A stretch of 64,000 bases of DNA from Balanoglossus misakiensis (Eukaryota; Animalia; Hemichordata), in contig CM082591.2 of assembly GCA_040954595.2 (NCBI GenBank), forward strand, positions 8,112,047 through 8,176,046, read 5' to 3'. Under the pieces are notes generated by a model. It had not been told where the DNA came from. It searched no databases and saw only the letters and a list, made by a program, of their open reading frames with translations. Shown here one piece after another: positions 35,983 to 49,350 of this stretch (within the stretch, counting starts at the first letter, position 1; the number at the start of each line of letters is the position of its first letter). A program made the position numbers and the translations under genes.

Positions 35983-38900
35983 TTTATTCAACCTTTTCAC
36001 CCCAATTCCCTCTATAGACGTCCAACCGTACTATCAAAAACAATGGGTTCGGTCTGAACCATATTGATGAAAGGGTTAAAACAGACTTTGTCTTTTTTCT
36101 TTAAATAGTGTTTGCGTATGGCGCCACTGGTGCTGGCAAAACATTCACCATGCTAGGGAGTCCTGACTGCCCAGGAGTGATATTCAACACCATGGTGGAA
36201 TTGTATCGATGCATTGAAGATATGAAAGAAGAAAAAATTTGTGAGATGCTGTATCTTATTTGGAGGTAGGCTGTGCCTTATACTCTTTTTTCTTTCCTAG
36301 CGCAGTAGCACTGATACATGTAAGAACACAATCAGATCAATTTTGGTCAATTTAATATCAATCACGTGATCTGGCCATGTGACCCACGACATTGTCATTT
36401 CCAGGTGACGGGCAAGCAGTATTTCGGCATCCAGGAAAAGTTTTTCTGAGTTTGCGTCCAACGTCATTTGATATCAAAGAAAAACATTTTTGTCAAAAAG
36501 TACTACAAACTGGACATTAGGACATTAGAAAGCTCATCTTATGCGCATGTGCGTAATTTTGTGTGTACAAACATTGCATTCAATGCAAATGTTATGCATA
36601 TTTTGCGTTCGACACATTCAAATAGTGGACCGTATAAGTAGACTTTAGTTTTGTCTCTTCTTTTCACCCAATTTGCTGTCTTTTCCCGATCTCCAACACA
36701 GACTATGGGTGCACCATCTTGTCTGCTGTTAGGACAGCACACTGCCTTATGGCATTGACTGTATATAATTTTTGTAACCAGAGTCTCTGGTTTGGCACAT
36801 GTGCATAGGATGATCATGGGCCTTTAATTGTGTCTGAAAATGTCTTTGGCTACAGAACTTGAATGATGCTCAATGCTTTGTTTCAGGTCTACAATGAAAA
36901 TATCCGAGATCTACTTCTTCCCGGTAAAGTTCTCGCAGTTCGGGAAGATACGAAAAAGAATGTGGTAGTGGCAGGCTTATCACTCCATCAACCCTCAAGT
37001 GCAGAAGAACTTCTTCATATGTTGGACTATGGCAACAAGAATAGAACTCAACATCCTACAGATGCTAATGCCCAGTCATCAAGATCACATGCAGTGTTTC
37101 AGGTAGGCACCCAACTTCAAGCTCCATTAGCTGTAGCTTTTTGTTATGTTTTTCAGCATTTTTGTTTAGTCTGTGTACATTGTATCTTCTGCAGTTTCTT
37201 GTTCAAATGTCCAGCATTTAGCTTATCAACATGACATATATTTGTAATATTTTTTCCCTACCATAGACCACTTTGCGGATAAGGTATCAGCAATGCATGA
37301 TGGTATAATTTGCGTTCAACATACATGTAGCATCTAGTACATGGCTAACGCACATGCTCAGAACGCAAACTGTCCCACAACACCCTGCGTTATTCTATCC
37401 GCGAAGTGGTCTATGGCATTGTGGGTGAAATGTGGCGACTTCCATCTCTGCATCAACAGCTTTGTATATGAAGCAATTGTATCATCTATTTTGCTGTATT
37501 TCTCCATGCATAAATAGTTTCATACTTTAATAACATTGTTTTAATGTTTGATCTGCCAGGTGTTTGTGAAACAGAAAGATCGAACCGCTGGTCTGAGTGC
37601 CAATGTTAAAATTGCCAAGATGTCCCTCATTGATCTGGCTGGTTCTGAGAGAGCCACGGTGACAACCAATCGGGGAGCTCGTTTCAGAGAAGGAGCCAAT
37701 ATCAACAGGTCTCTCTTAGCCCTTGGCAACTGCATCAATGCTCTTGCAAATCCAAAGGTAATAAATGACCTGATGAATTTACAAATATTTTCAATGAGTA
37801 CAATATGAAGTGGAAACAATTTTTGATGGTCGATGGTTGCTAAGTCATCTAGATGGGGGTGGGAGGGGATGATTCACCCCCTGTTGACATGTTGGCACTC
37901 AATAGCAATTTGTCAAGGGTGGGGGGGGGGGGGACCAGTGCCCGTTAAAATGTCACATGCTTGAGATTTTACATTCCCCCCTTGCCAGAGTGGAATCCCC
38001 AAAAATATTCTAGCAAAGGGGATATGTCTAGAACATATCCACCCTAGTATTGTCAGGTTCTACCTGGAATAGGAGTTTGCAGAATATTCAGTTTAAACTA
38101 GCTGTAGACTAGATAAGTTTTCAACTACGTGATGTAGCGTTAGCATTTTATTTTACTAGGGAAGAGTAAGTGACAGATGAGGCAGCTCAATCAGTGCTTG
38201 TAGTAAAATGTTTTGTTATTCATTGATGTTTCATCAATTATATTTTATATCAATTTACTGATATTTCATTGTCTTTTATAGACCAAAACCAGCCACATCC
38301 CATATAGGAACAGCAAATTGACAAGACTTTTGAAAGATTCACTTGGTGGAAATTGCAGGACTGTCATGATTGCAGCTGTCAGGTGAGTTGACTTGTACAG
38401 ATTTACACGAATTTTACTCAGTTTGCGCTTCCTCACCATTCAACATTAGAAATTTGTGTCATTTTCACAACCTTAAACAGGTTTTTGCTACCTAGGCGAG
38501 TGGGAATAATCTCAGTTTCAAGATGGCCGATTTTTGCCGTGTTTAAAACAAAGAAGGTCATAATGCAATAATAATTCTGTATGAAATTCACGTAAGTGGG
38601 CGCTGACTTTCCAACTTTGTTTCCATTCATTAGCCCATCAAGTCTGTCATATGAAGATACTTACAATACTTTGAAATATGCAAATAGAGCTAAAGATATA
38701 AGATCTATGGTAAGTAAGAAATCTTTTATATGTTCAAAATGATGTGTTCTCCTGGTGCAATTAAAGGGGCAAAGTCTCTCGCTCGCTACCCTTTTACATT
38801 AATTCTGTTTGATACAAGACACTGTTTATGTTATTCTACATGTGGATATATTGTGAATCAACGTTCGACCACACAACTTCCATCTCGCTTGTAGACACAA

Positions 38901-41900
38901 GAGTGAAAAACTCGCCAAAATGAATAATTAATGTTTTACCATTTATTCATTTTGGCGAGATTTTTACCCTCATATCCTACAAACGGGATGGAAGTTGTGT
39001 GTGGTTGAACATTGATTCACAATATATCCACAAGTAGAATAACATAAACGGTGTCTTGTATCAAACATAATTGATGGAAAAAGAGTGGTGAGAGAGAGAC
39101 TTTGTCCCGTTAAAGAAAATCAGATGATACCTGTTTTGCCAAAGTACTAGAAACTCAATGTCATAAGCATTGATGAAATTTTTTATGCTAAATGGAATAT
39201 TAATACCTGTGATTAGCAGATGTGCGGAGTGGGTCATGCATGTACATGTATTTGTATTCATCATTTGTGATCAACTATGTGCAAATGGTGTCTTTTCTCA
39301 TTTCAGCTCAAGAGTAACGTGGTAAATGTGGACTTCCATGTGAGTAAATATGCGCAGATTGTGAAAGAACTGAGAATTGAGGTGAGATATTTAAAGCTTT
39401 TTGAAGAGGACGATAGGTTTAAAGGAACAAAGTCTCTCTCTCTCTCGCTCTTTTTCCATTAATTATGTTTGATACAAAACACCCTGTATATGTTATTCTA
39501 CTTGTGGATATATAGTGAATCAATGTTCGGCCACACACAACTTCCATCCCACTTGTAGACATGAGAGTGAAAAAACTTGCCAAAATGAATAATCGGTCTC
39601 TAACATTTATTCATTTTGGGCGAGATTTTACTCTCATATCATACAAGTGGGATGGAAGTTGTGTGTGGTTGAACAGTGATTCACTATATATCCACATGTA
39701 CATTAACATAAACGGTGTCTTGTATCAAACATAATTAATTGAAAAGGGGCAGCAAGAGAGAGACTTGTCCCTTTAACTTTTTGTAAAGTATATATGATCA
39801 TTGACATTTGAAAGCTGTTCTGTGGACCCTATTCCGAACAGAACAGCCAAGAAGCGACTAAAGCAAAGATGGCGCCTAAGTCTACATCTGATTTTTATCA
39901 AATTGAATCTGTACATCATTTGTATCATTCTATCAGATGATTAGACTGTGTATGTAACTTTCTTTTTCACCTTGGTCCTATGACAGGTGTCTGAACTGAA
40001 AATCAAGTTGAAGAATTACGAGGATGGCAGTGTAGAAGTCAGTTCTCGGCGCGTCAGTGTGGAGTACACAGCCCGTCAAGACGAGATTAACAGACTTCAG
40101 TATTCCATGCTGAATGTGTTCATAGACAGGGCAAACATTCGCCAAGAACTCATGGAGCTGGAGTCTTCAGATCGAGATCTTACCATGAAAATCAGTCGGA
40201 AAGAACGAAATAAGGAGAGATGTAAACTGATACATGCTAATCCTAGTGAGCTGGGGAAGGTAAATACAATTGCTTTAAAGGGCAACGATTGTCTTATGCT
40301 CATGTGCTAAACCAGAGACTCTGGTTACAAAAATTGTATACAGTTACAGTTGTATAAGGCAGTGTGCTGTCCTAATGACAGACAAGATGGCGGCGACCAT
40401 AGTCTGTGTTGGAGTTTGGGAAAAGACAGCATATTGGGTGAAAAGAAGGGACAAAACTAGAGTCTATTTATGCTGCATATGAGTGATACTGTAAATTGGG
40501 AAATTTCTGCAAACAATACATTTTCGTAAACTTTAAGAGAGCCAGAAAAATGTAAAAATAAGCAGTCACCAAACGTTTCAAGAACGACAATACAGTTAGA
40601 GAAATAAGAGAATACGAAAATTAATCATCATGAAATAGAAACCTCTGTTGAAAATATCTTGGCGTGAAAGTTTCCCGGTTTACAGTAATAGATAGAACAA
40701 AGTGTGCTGAAGTCTTCAGTGTCTTCCAATTTCAGACAACAACAAAGTTGGATCGAGTCATCATGGCCGCTAAGAACAGACAGAGAAGATTGCGAGAAAC
40801 TAAGAGTAAAGTGGATCAGAGAATGGAAGAAAATGAAGAAAGAATTGAACGATTGCAGTCGGAATTTAAATTGGTTGGACAAAATGATGAAAGCCCTGAG
40901 GTGAGGCCTGATATGAAAGGACTTGTAGTTGTGTTATCTTTGCTACTCTGAGAAACTATGTCTCAGAACCACCAGCTACATGATGTAGTGGCTATCTGTC
41001 AAAGCTACATGTAGCTATGTTTTCAGTATTTTTGTTTTATGTATTAACTGCAGCTTCTTGTTCACATTCCTGAAGTACATCATTACGTGTATGATGAAAT
41101 ACCAAGTATTCACCTTATTAAGGATGTACGTTCAGTAAAATTGAAAGTATTGTCAATTTTTTTATTGTGGATTTTTGGATTCTCCTTTGTATGTATAATG
41201 AAAATCCGTAATAAAATATAGGGGTCACCGCGCTTGTTTTTGAAATACAGAGCCATGAATTTAGTCACTAATAGAAGAAAACTGCTGACTCAGCATTTTT
41301 CACCAATGGTTTGTCTATGGGCAAAATTTTTAACGCAATTTATCTCAAAATAGAGCTGGACTGAGCAATGTATAAAATTTCATGAAAATGACAATAGTAG
41401 AAGTTTGTATTCTAACAATTATCAATGTAATCCTATGGGAAAAAGACCGGGCGCACAGTGTTTCCAGTTTATGTTCTGCGCGTACATCCTTAACACAATC
41501 TATAAGTATATAGTCAGCTTTGTTAATGTGCAAAATTTGTATTCTAGTCTGACTAATATTTATTTGTCAACAATAACGATGGCCATTACACATACATGTA
41601 CAGGCTATGTTGACAAGTGGACTATTAGGTATATTATTATTAATACCATGCTGTTTGGAGTAGAACAAGAACTTGAGAAGTATCAGAGAGAGAAGAAATT
41701 AACCTCTCGTAGCAGAGGTTCTGGGTTCAATTCCGCATGTGTCTCTTTGTTGTTGTTTTTTATGTAATATTTATTTACAGTAGTAAAGAAAATGATTCTA
41801 AACTGAACTCTTGCCTTTCTTGTGTGATGCAACATTCTTTGTAGATTTTGGAGTCAACGATACGTATGAGGCATTTAGAAATTGAGGTCAAAGAATTGAG

Positions 41901-44900
41901 AAGACAAGTCAAACATTTACAGAAACATGCAAGGTTGCAAGACAATGACATACAGTCATCTGAAAGGTAAGCCACATGTTTGAACTGTAATAGAACAAGT
42001 ACGTACATGTATTAAAGGGAAGCGGTCGTCGCGCCGTGTTTGTTTTGTTTATTAACATTACAGTTCATCCACAAACCCCTGAAATTAGATCATTCTTAGA
42101 ATGAACGAAGCAGCCAACCGTAGCGTAGACTGGGCATGACAGCAACTGAAGATCCTAGTAGGTCGTGGCAACTGCAGTGAGGTTTGTGCTGGTATGGGAG
42201 GACATATTCTCATCAAGGGGGGACACCCACGCGGTGCGCACACCGCTTCCCTTTAAGCAAAAGGACTTGTTATTTACTCAAACATTGAAAACAAAAACAT
42301 TAAAACCCCAGCACCCCCCCCTTTTTAGCATAATTTAATTAATATAATACTTGAATACTCCTCAATGTAAGGTTACAGATGACACCATTTTGAATTACCG
42401 GTAGGAGATTCCCAGGTGTGCATACCATAATAGTTGAGAAGCTTGATAAATTAAATGGGTGTGGCACCTGTTTATTGTACAGTCATAAAAATGAGATGAC
42501 AGCTCTTTGGGCTTTAGAGGTACATGTATATGGTCACCTATATGCAAATTTAGATATAGTTACAATGGCAAATTGAGATCTAGCCAATCACAGATTTTCA
42601 GTGGGTGGCACATGCGGAAAAAGAGCGCCACCATATGTTCTTTAGAACCCTCAAGTACACCCTTTATGCCATATATGGGTGTATGTAAATGAGGGGTGAC
42701 CGTGTACCACAGTAAATAATAATTACTGTAATCTCTACACTTGTCATTATTTGTTTCACATTTCCAGATTGATCCACAGTCTACTGGTCCTTGTACGCAA
42801 ACAGTATTTCATATTGAAAGGATCAGAATTGGCAACAAGTGACATAACTGAAGACTTTGAGGCCATCCAGAAGAATGTAGAAGGCGACAAAGAAGTCGCC
42901 TGGGCAGACAAAACAAACATGTGCAATTCTATGGATGTCAATTCTGTGTTATCACTGCCTGTTCTCAGCTGTGTTCCAGCAACACCCAGTGGTAAGTACA
43001 ATAAAAAGTACTATTTTCCTCTCCAGAGGGCGACTTTTGCTTTTCAGGGATGTAGTCAAGGCATCTCCCCAAATCTGTTTGAGCTCTGTTTGACCTACCC
43101 TTTTCACCAGGATCAGTTTTATCAAATATTTTGATCTGTCTCTTACAGTATCTCGTACTCCAGGTCTGAGAAGACTTGCACAAGTTGAAAGTTCGAAAAT
43201 AACAGCTGATATTGAAATGCCTCAAAAAGGTCAGTAGTATATATGTGTATATGTATAAACTATTTGATGTTTTCAGTGTTTGGTAGAGTAAGCGATGGTT
43301 GGTTTTGACAATGGTGCATTTACATGAGCTAACTGATGGGTATACACAAACACATTATCACCCCCTGATTGTGGCTGTACATGTAAAAATGAACAAGTTA
43401 AATAATAAAAAGGTGCCACACTCGTTTATTCAGCCGGCCATTGCAAGAGTTTACAACTATTGTGGTAAGCACACGTTAGAGTTAGAATCTCCACAAATTC
43501 AATGTGCTGTCATTTTTCAACTTACGATAAGGAGAAGATTGAATTATTTTATAAATTTAAAATATGCAAAAAGTGGCAGCTATTGGGGCTGTAATTTGAA
43601 TGGTAGCATACTGGTACCTCCTTAAAGGTATACGGTCACCTATGCAAATTTAGCTGCAGTTACCATGATGGTAAATTGAGATCTAGCCAATTGCTGATTT
43701 TCAGTGAGTGGCACACGTGAAAAAAGACTGCTACCATATGTTCTTTAGAACACCCAAATATGCTATTTCAGCCATATATGGATGTATGTAAATTGGTTGG
43801 AGGGGACCGTGTACCTTTAAGTTGTCCACATAATTGAATATCAATGCAGTTGTCGCATTTCTGTGTACAGTATGTGATTGCAGATGTCACATTGACTTAT
43901 TCTGTTTTCAGACACCGTAGTTAAAACCAGAAATTCTTCAGTTCATGAAAGCAGCCATGTTAATACACCGGGACGCGTCAATGAACACTGTACAGCAAAT
44001 GTTGCTAACAGAACACCAAAGACGGATGACCAAGTGACAAGACATGCAGTCAAGATTCAAACACCCAAGAACCAAGACAGACAGGCATGTGTCGTTGAAC
44101 CAAACCCAACTGTCAGGTGTCAACCAGCGAGAAGGAATACCTACACTCTGGACGAGTCGGATTCGCCTGTAAACAGCAAACACAGTATGTCATCTCAAAG
44201 TGTGATCCAAACACAGAGTGCAGGTGAAACAAGTGTACAAAGTGGTTTGCCAGATAACACACAGAACCAACAACAACACAGTTCAGCGATACATGGAAGA
44301 GAACAAATCACAAAATCGCCGTCCACACCTGGAAAGTGTAACTCACCTTCGTATGCTGAGGTGACAAAACATGGCCAAGTGAGAAGTCCCTTGCCATCCA
44401 GCAATGGCTACGGAACTCCCGTGTCTTCAAGCAGTCACTGTGTCCTCAGGAAGTCGACTTTGCCAAGTTTGTCCAGCAGTGATGTCAGCATGGATGGCAT
44501 CTGTCCTCTCTTGTCGCCTGTGAACATGTCAGCGGACAAAGATGAACACAAATCTCTGCAAAGGATCCAACCTGTGTCTGGTGAAGGAACTTGTGTGCGT
44601 GCAGACTCACTGTCCACACCATGTACCCCAGCTGGTAAGTTCCTGTTTCTTTTCCATAATTACACCTGACTTGCTACCCTTCTATACCTAGGCATGTCCC
44701 AATATGTGGAGGCAATTTTTACTAAGCCAAGCTTTGATTAGCAAGGTGAGATTGAATACACCCATTGTGGGATCTGGTGATGTTATTTGAGCGATGGGTC
44801 TTGTATCATGTGTATGCAACTCACAAACAGTGTTTAAAATAGTATTTCATGGTTGTGCACTTCAATTGTTTCCTTGTAGTTGTCAATAAAATAAACAAAA

Positions 44901-47900
44901 AGTGTTTTTTTCGAAGTGACTTTTTGAAATACTGCACTTGCTGTATACTCCCTTGATCCCTACTGTCGTTGTCTTTCAAGTCCAGAAAAGCTCAATGCTC
45001 CAGCTACTTCTCAATATTCTCACCGGCATAGTGGAAAAGATCTTCACTACAAACTATCATTAACAAATTTTCAATTGGTCGACATCTGATCATGTGAACA
45101 ATTTCAGCCAATAAAACCTGTCTTTACGGAAACAGTCATTCAGCTGTGCACAATTAATTAATTTATATTAGTATGTAGTACATGTACATGTACGTAAATA
45201 TCTCTGAAAAAAACACACATTTCTGAGTTTTACCAGGTCATAATAGCTGGCCCAGTTTTCATTACCCTTGACCCACATGGCAAATGGGTGACTTTTATTA
45301 TTTTATTACTATGAAGTACTAGTGAGTCTGATATGTCCCTTCCTTTAAAACACTTTAAAACATAATACTTGCATTGTTTACACTTACAGGTCAAAAGAAA
45401 AGTTATGCTGAGATAGTGTCGACACCAACATTGGCCAAAGCTTCACCTCGAACACCCTTGGCATGTCTCAGTAACTCGCCTATCATCAGTGATACAGATA
45501 GTGTCTTTACATCTAGTCCGGAGATTGGTACAAATCAGCTCAATCTGTCGTACACACTCGATGACAAGCAGAAATTGAGTGCAAAAAAGTCTGTGAGGTG
45601 AGTACAAGTGTTCAATAGGTACATGTATAAGAGGGACATTAGCTTTGTATCTTTTGGTTTTATAAACAGTATTTGTTGTGTGTGTGCCAAATGTCATTTC
45701 TTGTTCTACTCCAAAAGATATGCAAATATACCCAGTACTGAGTATGTCAACATTCCCTGTATGTGTTTAACCGCCATTGTTATTGTTGACAAATGAATTC
45801 TTGTCCGGCCTTGAAATGTAATATGGGATTTTGCAACTTACATGGTGGAATGGAATCCTGTAATATATGCATTGGTCGTTTTGCCTAACACTGTTTTGTT
45901 TTGTTTTGTTTTGTAGTAGAAGCAGAGGAAAGAAAGGTTCTTTCAATGTTGCAAAAGAGAATTTTTCCATGCATTTTCCGAGAGATTTGCAAGAGGTACA
46001 GATGGGAGGTCTTCAAAGGAGAGAGACTCTTGCAACAGTGACTGTCAAAAAGTATGGTTTGGCGTCTGTTCTGCCAGAGCATTGCAGTAACAACAAAAAC
46101 AGGAATGACTTTGGTAAGTTGAAGAAAGCTGTAGTCTGGTTTGTTCTATATATGATACACTTTGCGTGTAAAACTTTCCTTACAATAAAATGTGGCTGTC
46201 GAACGTCGACAATAAAGTTTTTAATCTGTGACCTGCTGGTCTCATTTTCACGCCGTCTTGGAAGGGTGCCCTCTTTATGAAAAAGGCATATTTTAGTCAA
46301 AAACTTGACTGAAGAGTATAATGGAAGACGGTCATCTGTCAAGCACATGATCAGCAAGATGGCTGCTGCCAAGGTCTGCAGGCCAGATGATTTAATAGTA
46401 GACAGTCTAGTTGCTTTGGCCTTTAACCAGAGTATGACATTGAGTGTTTCTCATTCAACTTCGCCTAAGCATATTCTGTTGGGCAAACTAAACTCCAACT
46501 TCAAAGTAAGCGCCACGTCAAAAGTAGAATCATCTAATCACTGTGTTCATTTTTATTGTCCAATGAAAGCTGTATTTACAACAGCCCGTATCTGACCCTT
46601 TTCTTGTACCACAGTGCGACCAGTGACTGAAATGACATTTGTTGATGAACATTGATACTTTCATTGGCAATGACTTGTGCCCTGAATGTTTAATGTCAAA
46701 GTGATTGTGCTTTTCATACAATTTTGATCATTACATGTACTGATATGTTGCAGGTTTCAGGCGACCCAAACCGACCTATATGATGATGACAAAGGCTGCT
46801 TCTAATAAACGGAAACATAGAAGGTATGGTTAGGTCTGCAAGGTCTTGCAACAAGAAAATGCAGAATTCTATATTCAAAATGAAAATGAAAAAAAAAGAT
46901 TGATTATTATATTTCTGATCATAAGATGTAGTTACATATTGAACACCTATTGCCTGGCCATGAGGGCCATAGCGGCCGTTTATTACACCCAAGGGGCTGT
47001 GAGTTACCAGAATCATGCTATTTCCCGAGGCCGCAGGCCGAGGGAAATAGCATATGATTCTGGTAACTCACAGTCACGAGGGGGTAAAAACGGCTGCTAT
47101 GGCCCGATTATAGGCCAGGCTATAGGTGTTTTATAATAAACCTCATGTTAACACGTGACGCTGCTTGACGTGACCTGAGTCTGTGAACTCAGGTTGGTCA
47201 CGTGACCGGTTTACATTTTTTTCTGCTATTTCCCGAGGGATTCATAGTCGATTCTATTTTCCTGTCACGTGACGAATTCTGGCGAATCACGAGACAGTAT
47301 TAGCATGAGGTATATTGTAAACACACAAGGATAATTAAGGACACACACAACTATGATACTTTATTTCTTTTGACATCAAACCCTCTCCCTCGAATCCCCT
47401 AAACCTGCTACAATGAATGCTTTGAAGTTGGACAGACATCCCAGACGAAACCCCACAAAGGCATACTTATTCCAACCCTTTACAAAAAATGATCACACAC
47501 TTTTTTTATAGTGGGAAAAAAGTAAATTGAACTAGTGTGTCAATTAAAGAGTTACACAGACATAACAAAACTGATTGTTGTACTTTCTTTTCTACAGATC
47601 GCTGTCGTCTCAAGAAAATGGATCTGTGCAATCAGGCAAAACAAACAAAAGTCGCTTGCCTACAGTGATCAATTCAAAAATGTAAGTTGACTTTACTTTG
47701 AAGTATATGTACATGTAGTCTTGGGGTTCTTAAATGTTCTGGAGAGTAGTTAACAAGGGACTGTCATGTTTTGTTTTGTTTGGTTTGATGGTCGAAAAGC
47801 AACAAAGGCAAAAAAAAAACTAACAGAACGCTTTTTATTTTTGATCTTATTTCTGGCTCTGTTTAGGTCACTTCCTAGAAGCAAGTCATATGGCAATCTT

Positions 47901-47924
47901 CAGAGTTCAAGACAGATGTATTAA
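35305..47924 (+). CDS. KIF18A: Kinesin-8 KIF18A/B-like, about 1132 aa; coding exons 35305-35674, 36109-36265 (1-nt frameshift), 36887-37102, 37560-37757, 38282-38382, 38634-38709, 39307-39381, 39987-40259, 40736-40900, 41845-41966, 42768-42991, 43149-43229, 43912-44634, 45390-45597, 45917-46113, 46754-46823, 47598-47681, 47867-47924
   Basis: Motor motifs VVVRVRP, FAFDRVF, P-loop [83 protein letters not shown], with the kinesin-8 extended loop 2. The tail [15 protein letters not shown] resembles KIF18A. Exons sum to 3398 nt, one short of a multiple of 3. AATAAA at 48975. Confidence 0.93.
37262..37415. mobile_element. Small TIR element (CATAGACCACTT..GCGGATA termini) carrying two Staf-site-like motifs
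   Basis: About 20-bp imperfect inverted termini. Confidence 0.6.
38765..39109. mobile_element. Family A MITE
   Basis: TIRs and TTAA TSD. Confidence 0.85.
39423..39772. mobile_element. Family A MITE
   Basis: TIRs and TTAA TSD. Confidence 0.85.
41122..41489. mobile_element. Family E MITE (GGATGTACG...CGTACATCC, TTAA TSD) nested in a family D copy; other copies near 24005-24258 and 57059-57200
   Basis: TTAA at 41118-41121 and 41490-41493; the flanks rejoin into family D. Confidence 0.8.
42016..42252. mobile_element. Family K TTAA MITE (AGGGAAGCGGT termini); reverse copy at 32174-32408
   Basis: TIRs, TTAA TSD, two copies. Confidence 0.75.
46942..47320. mobile_element. Hairpin element with a ~190-bp palindrome centred on CCCGAGGCCGCAGGCCGAGGG (Crypton-like non-autonomous type)
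   Basis: The arms at 46942-47130 pair nearly perfectly. The superfamily assignment is from memory of similar invertebrate repeats. Confidence 0.55.
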
Positions 47925-47966
47925 TGTGTATGTTTATAGCCTCCAGGACAATACTCCCTTTTCATT

Positions 47967-48108
47967 AGTCCAGCGCCCTCATGCAGCCATCATGCATTTG
48001 AACTCAAAGCGAGGCCAGTTGGGAAAATCCCTTGATGTGATTTGTCAACTTTTCCCATTGGCCTCACTTTGAGTTCAAATTAATGATGGCTGCATGAGGG
48101 CGCTAGAC
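47967..48108. mobile_element. Palindromic MITE (AGTCCAGCGCCCTCATGCAGCCATC arms) in the KIF18 3' UTR; relative near 14058-14190
   Basis: Long inverted arms; two copies. Confidence 0.65.
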
Positions 48109-49017
48109 TTTTGAAAAGGTGTATTTTAATTGCATCAAAGCTCCGACTGAGTCAAAAACTGATTCTTCACTGCCAATCTCTGCTTTCATTGTTACAGTAT
48201 TGTTTTCATCGGGTTGATTTTTGAGAGCAAACATCTGTGTACACTTGATTGCAAATTGTAACGTTCACATTTTCACGATTGATATGGAACATTTCCGGGA
48301 GTTTGCTTTCCCAGTAAGGCAATTCTTAGGGCTATCTGAATACATTCCTTTAAAACTGCCAATTTCCCTATGTTCTTAAAAATATGTGATATGTCGATAT
48401 TACTATATTCTATGTGAATTTCGCTTGAATGCATAACTTTACTTCACAACAGGGGCAGTTTTATTAAGCATGTTTGGATTGCCAAATCAGACAGGAAATA
48501 ATATGTGAATTAATATTGACTTTTTTCAAATATAAGACAAGATCAAGCTCATTTTTATTACATTCTTCATGAAAAACCATGTTTCTGAATATTTTGCTGT
48601 TGGAGTAAAAGTGTAAATAATGTAAATAAGTGATCGTTTTGATTTCCTTTCAGAAGATAAAACGCAACAAATTAACTACTGTTATGAGAGAAATATATAG
48701 AACTTTACGTTGGTTACCAAAATTGTACAAAGACAATGCATGCTTTCATCATGTGTAAAGAGACAAATTTTATTGTTTTATGACTTTCATCCATGTGTTC
48801 CATGAAAATGCAATCATGTTTGCGTGTATCTATGTTGATAACTTTGATTGTTTTGATCATGTATTGAAATATTTGCTTTTATAAAGTTACCACATAATTT
48901 AAATTTGTAGGATTTTTCATACAACTGTTTTTGTTTTCCAGACATTCTCTTTTGTAAATTTTCTTGTCATCTGCAATAAACTTTATATGATAATCACTTG
49001 CATGTTATTTGCGTTAA

Positions 49018-49350
49018 AGGGACAAAGTTTCTCTCGCATCCCATTTCCCATTAATTATACAAGACACCAGTGACCATTTATGTTAATTGACATGTGTATA
49101 TTATAGTGAATCAATGTTCGACCACACACTACTTCCATCCCGTTTGTAGGATATGAGGGCAAAATCTCGTCAAAATGAATAATCGGTCTCTACCATTTAT
49201 TCATTTTGGGCGAGTTTTGCACTTTCATATCATACAAGCGGGATGGAAGTTATATGTGGTTGAACCTTCATTCACTACATATACATAAACAGTGTCTTGT
49301 CACAAACACAATTAATGGAAAAAGGGCAGCGAGGGAGAGACTTTGTCCCT
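49018..49350. mobile_element. Family A MITE
   Basis: TIRs; sits immediately after the KIF18 polyA signal. Confidence 0.8.

Noticed and set aside
46297-46505. Extra KIF18 exon ([18 protein letters not shown]...)
   Set aside because: It is open and has an AG acceptor, but its donors are phase 0. Exon 45917-46113 joins 46754 directly in phase 1, so it is not needed. A rare isoform cannot be excluded.
35305-47924. KIF18 as a pseudogene
   Set aside because: There is only one lesion; all other exons, splice sites and promoter motifs are intact.
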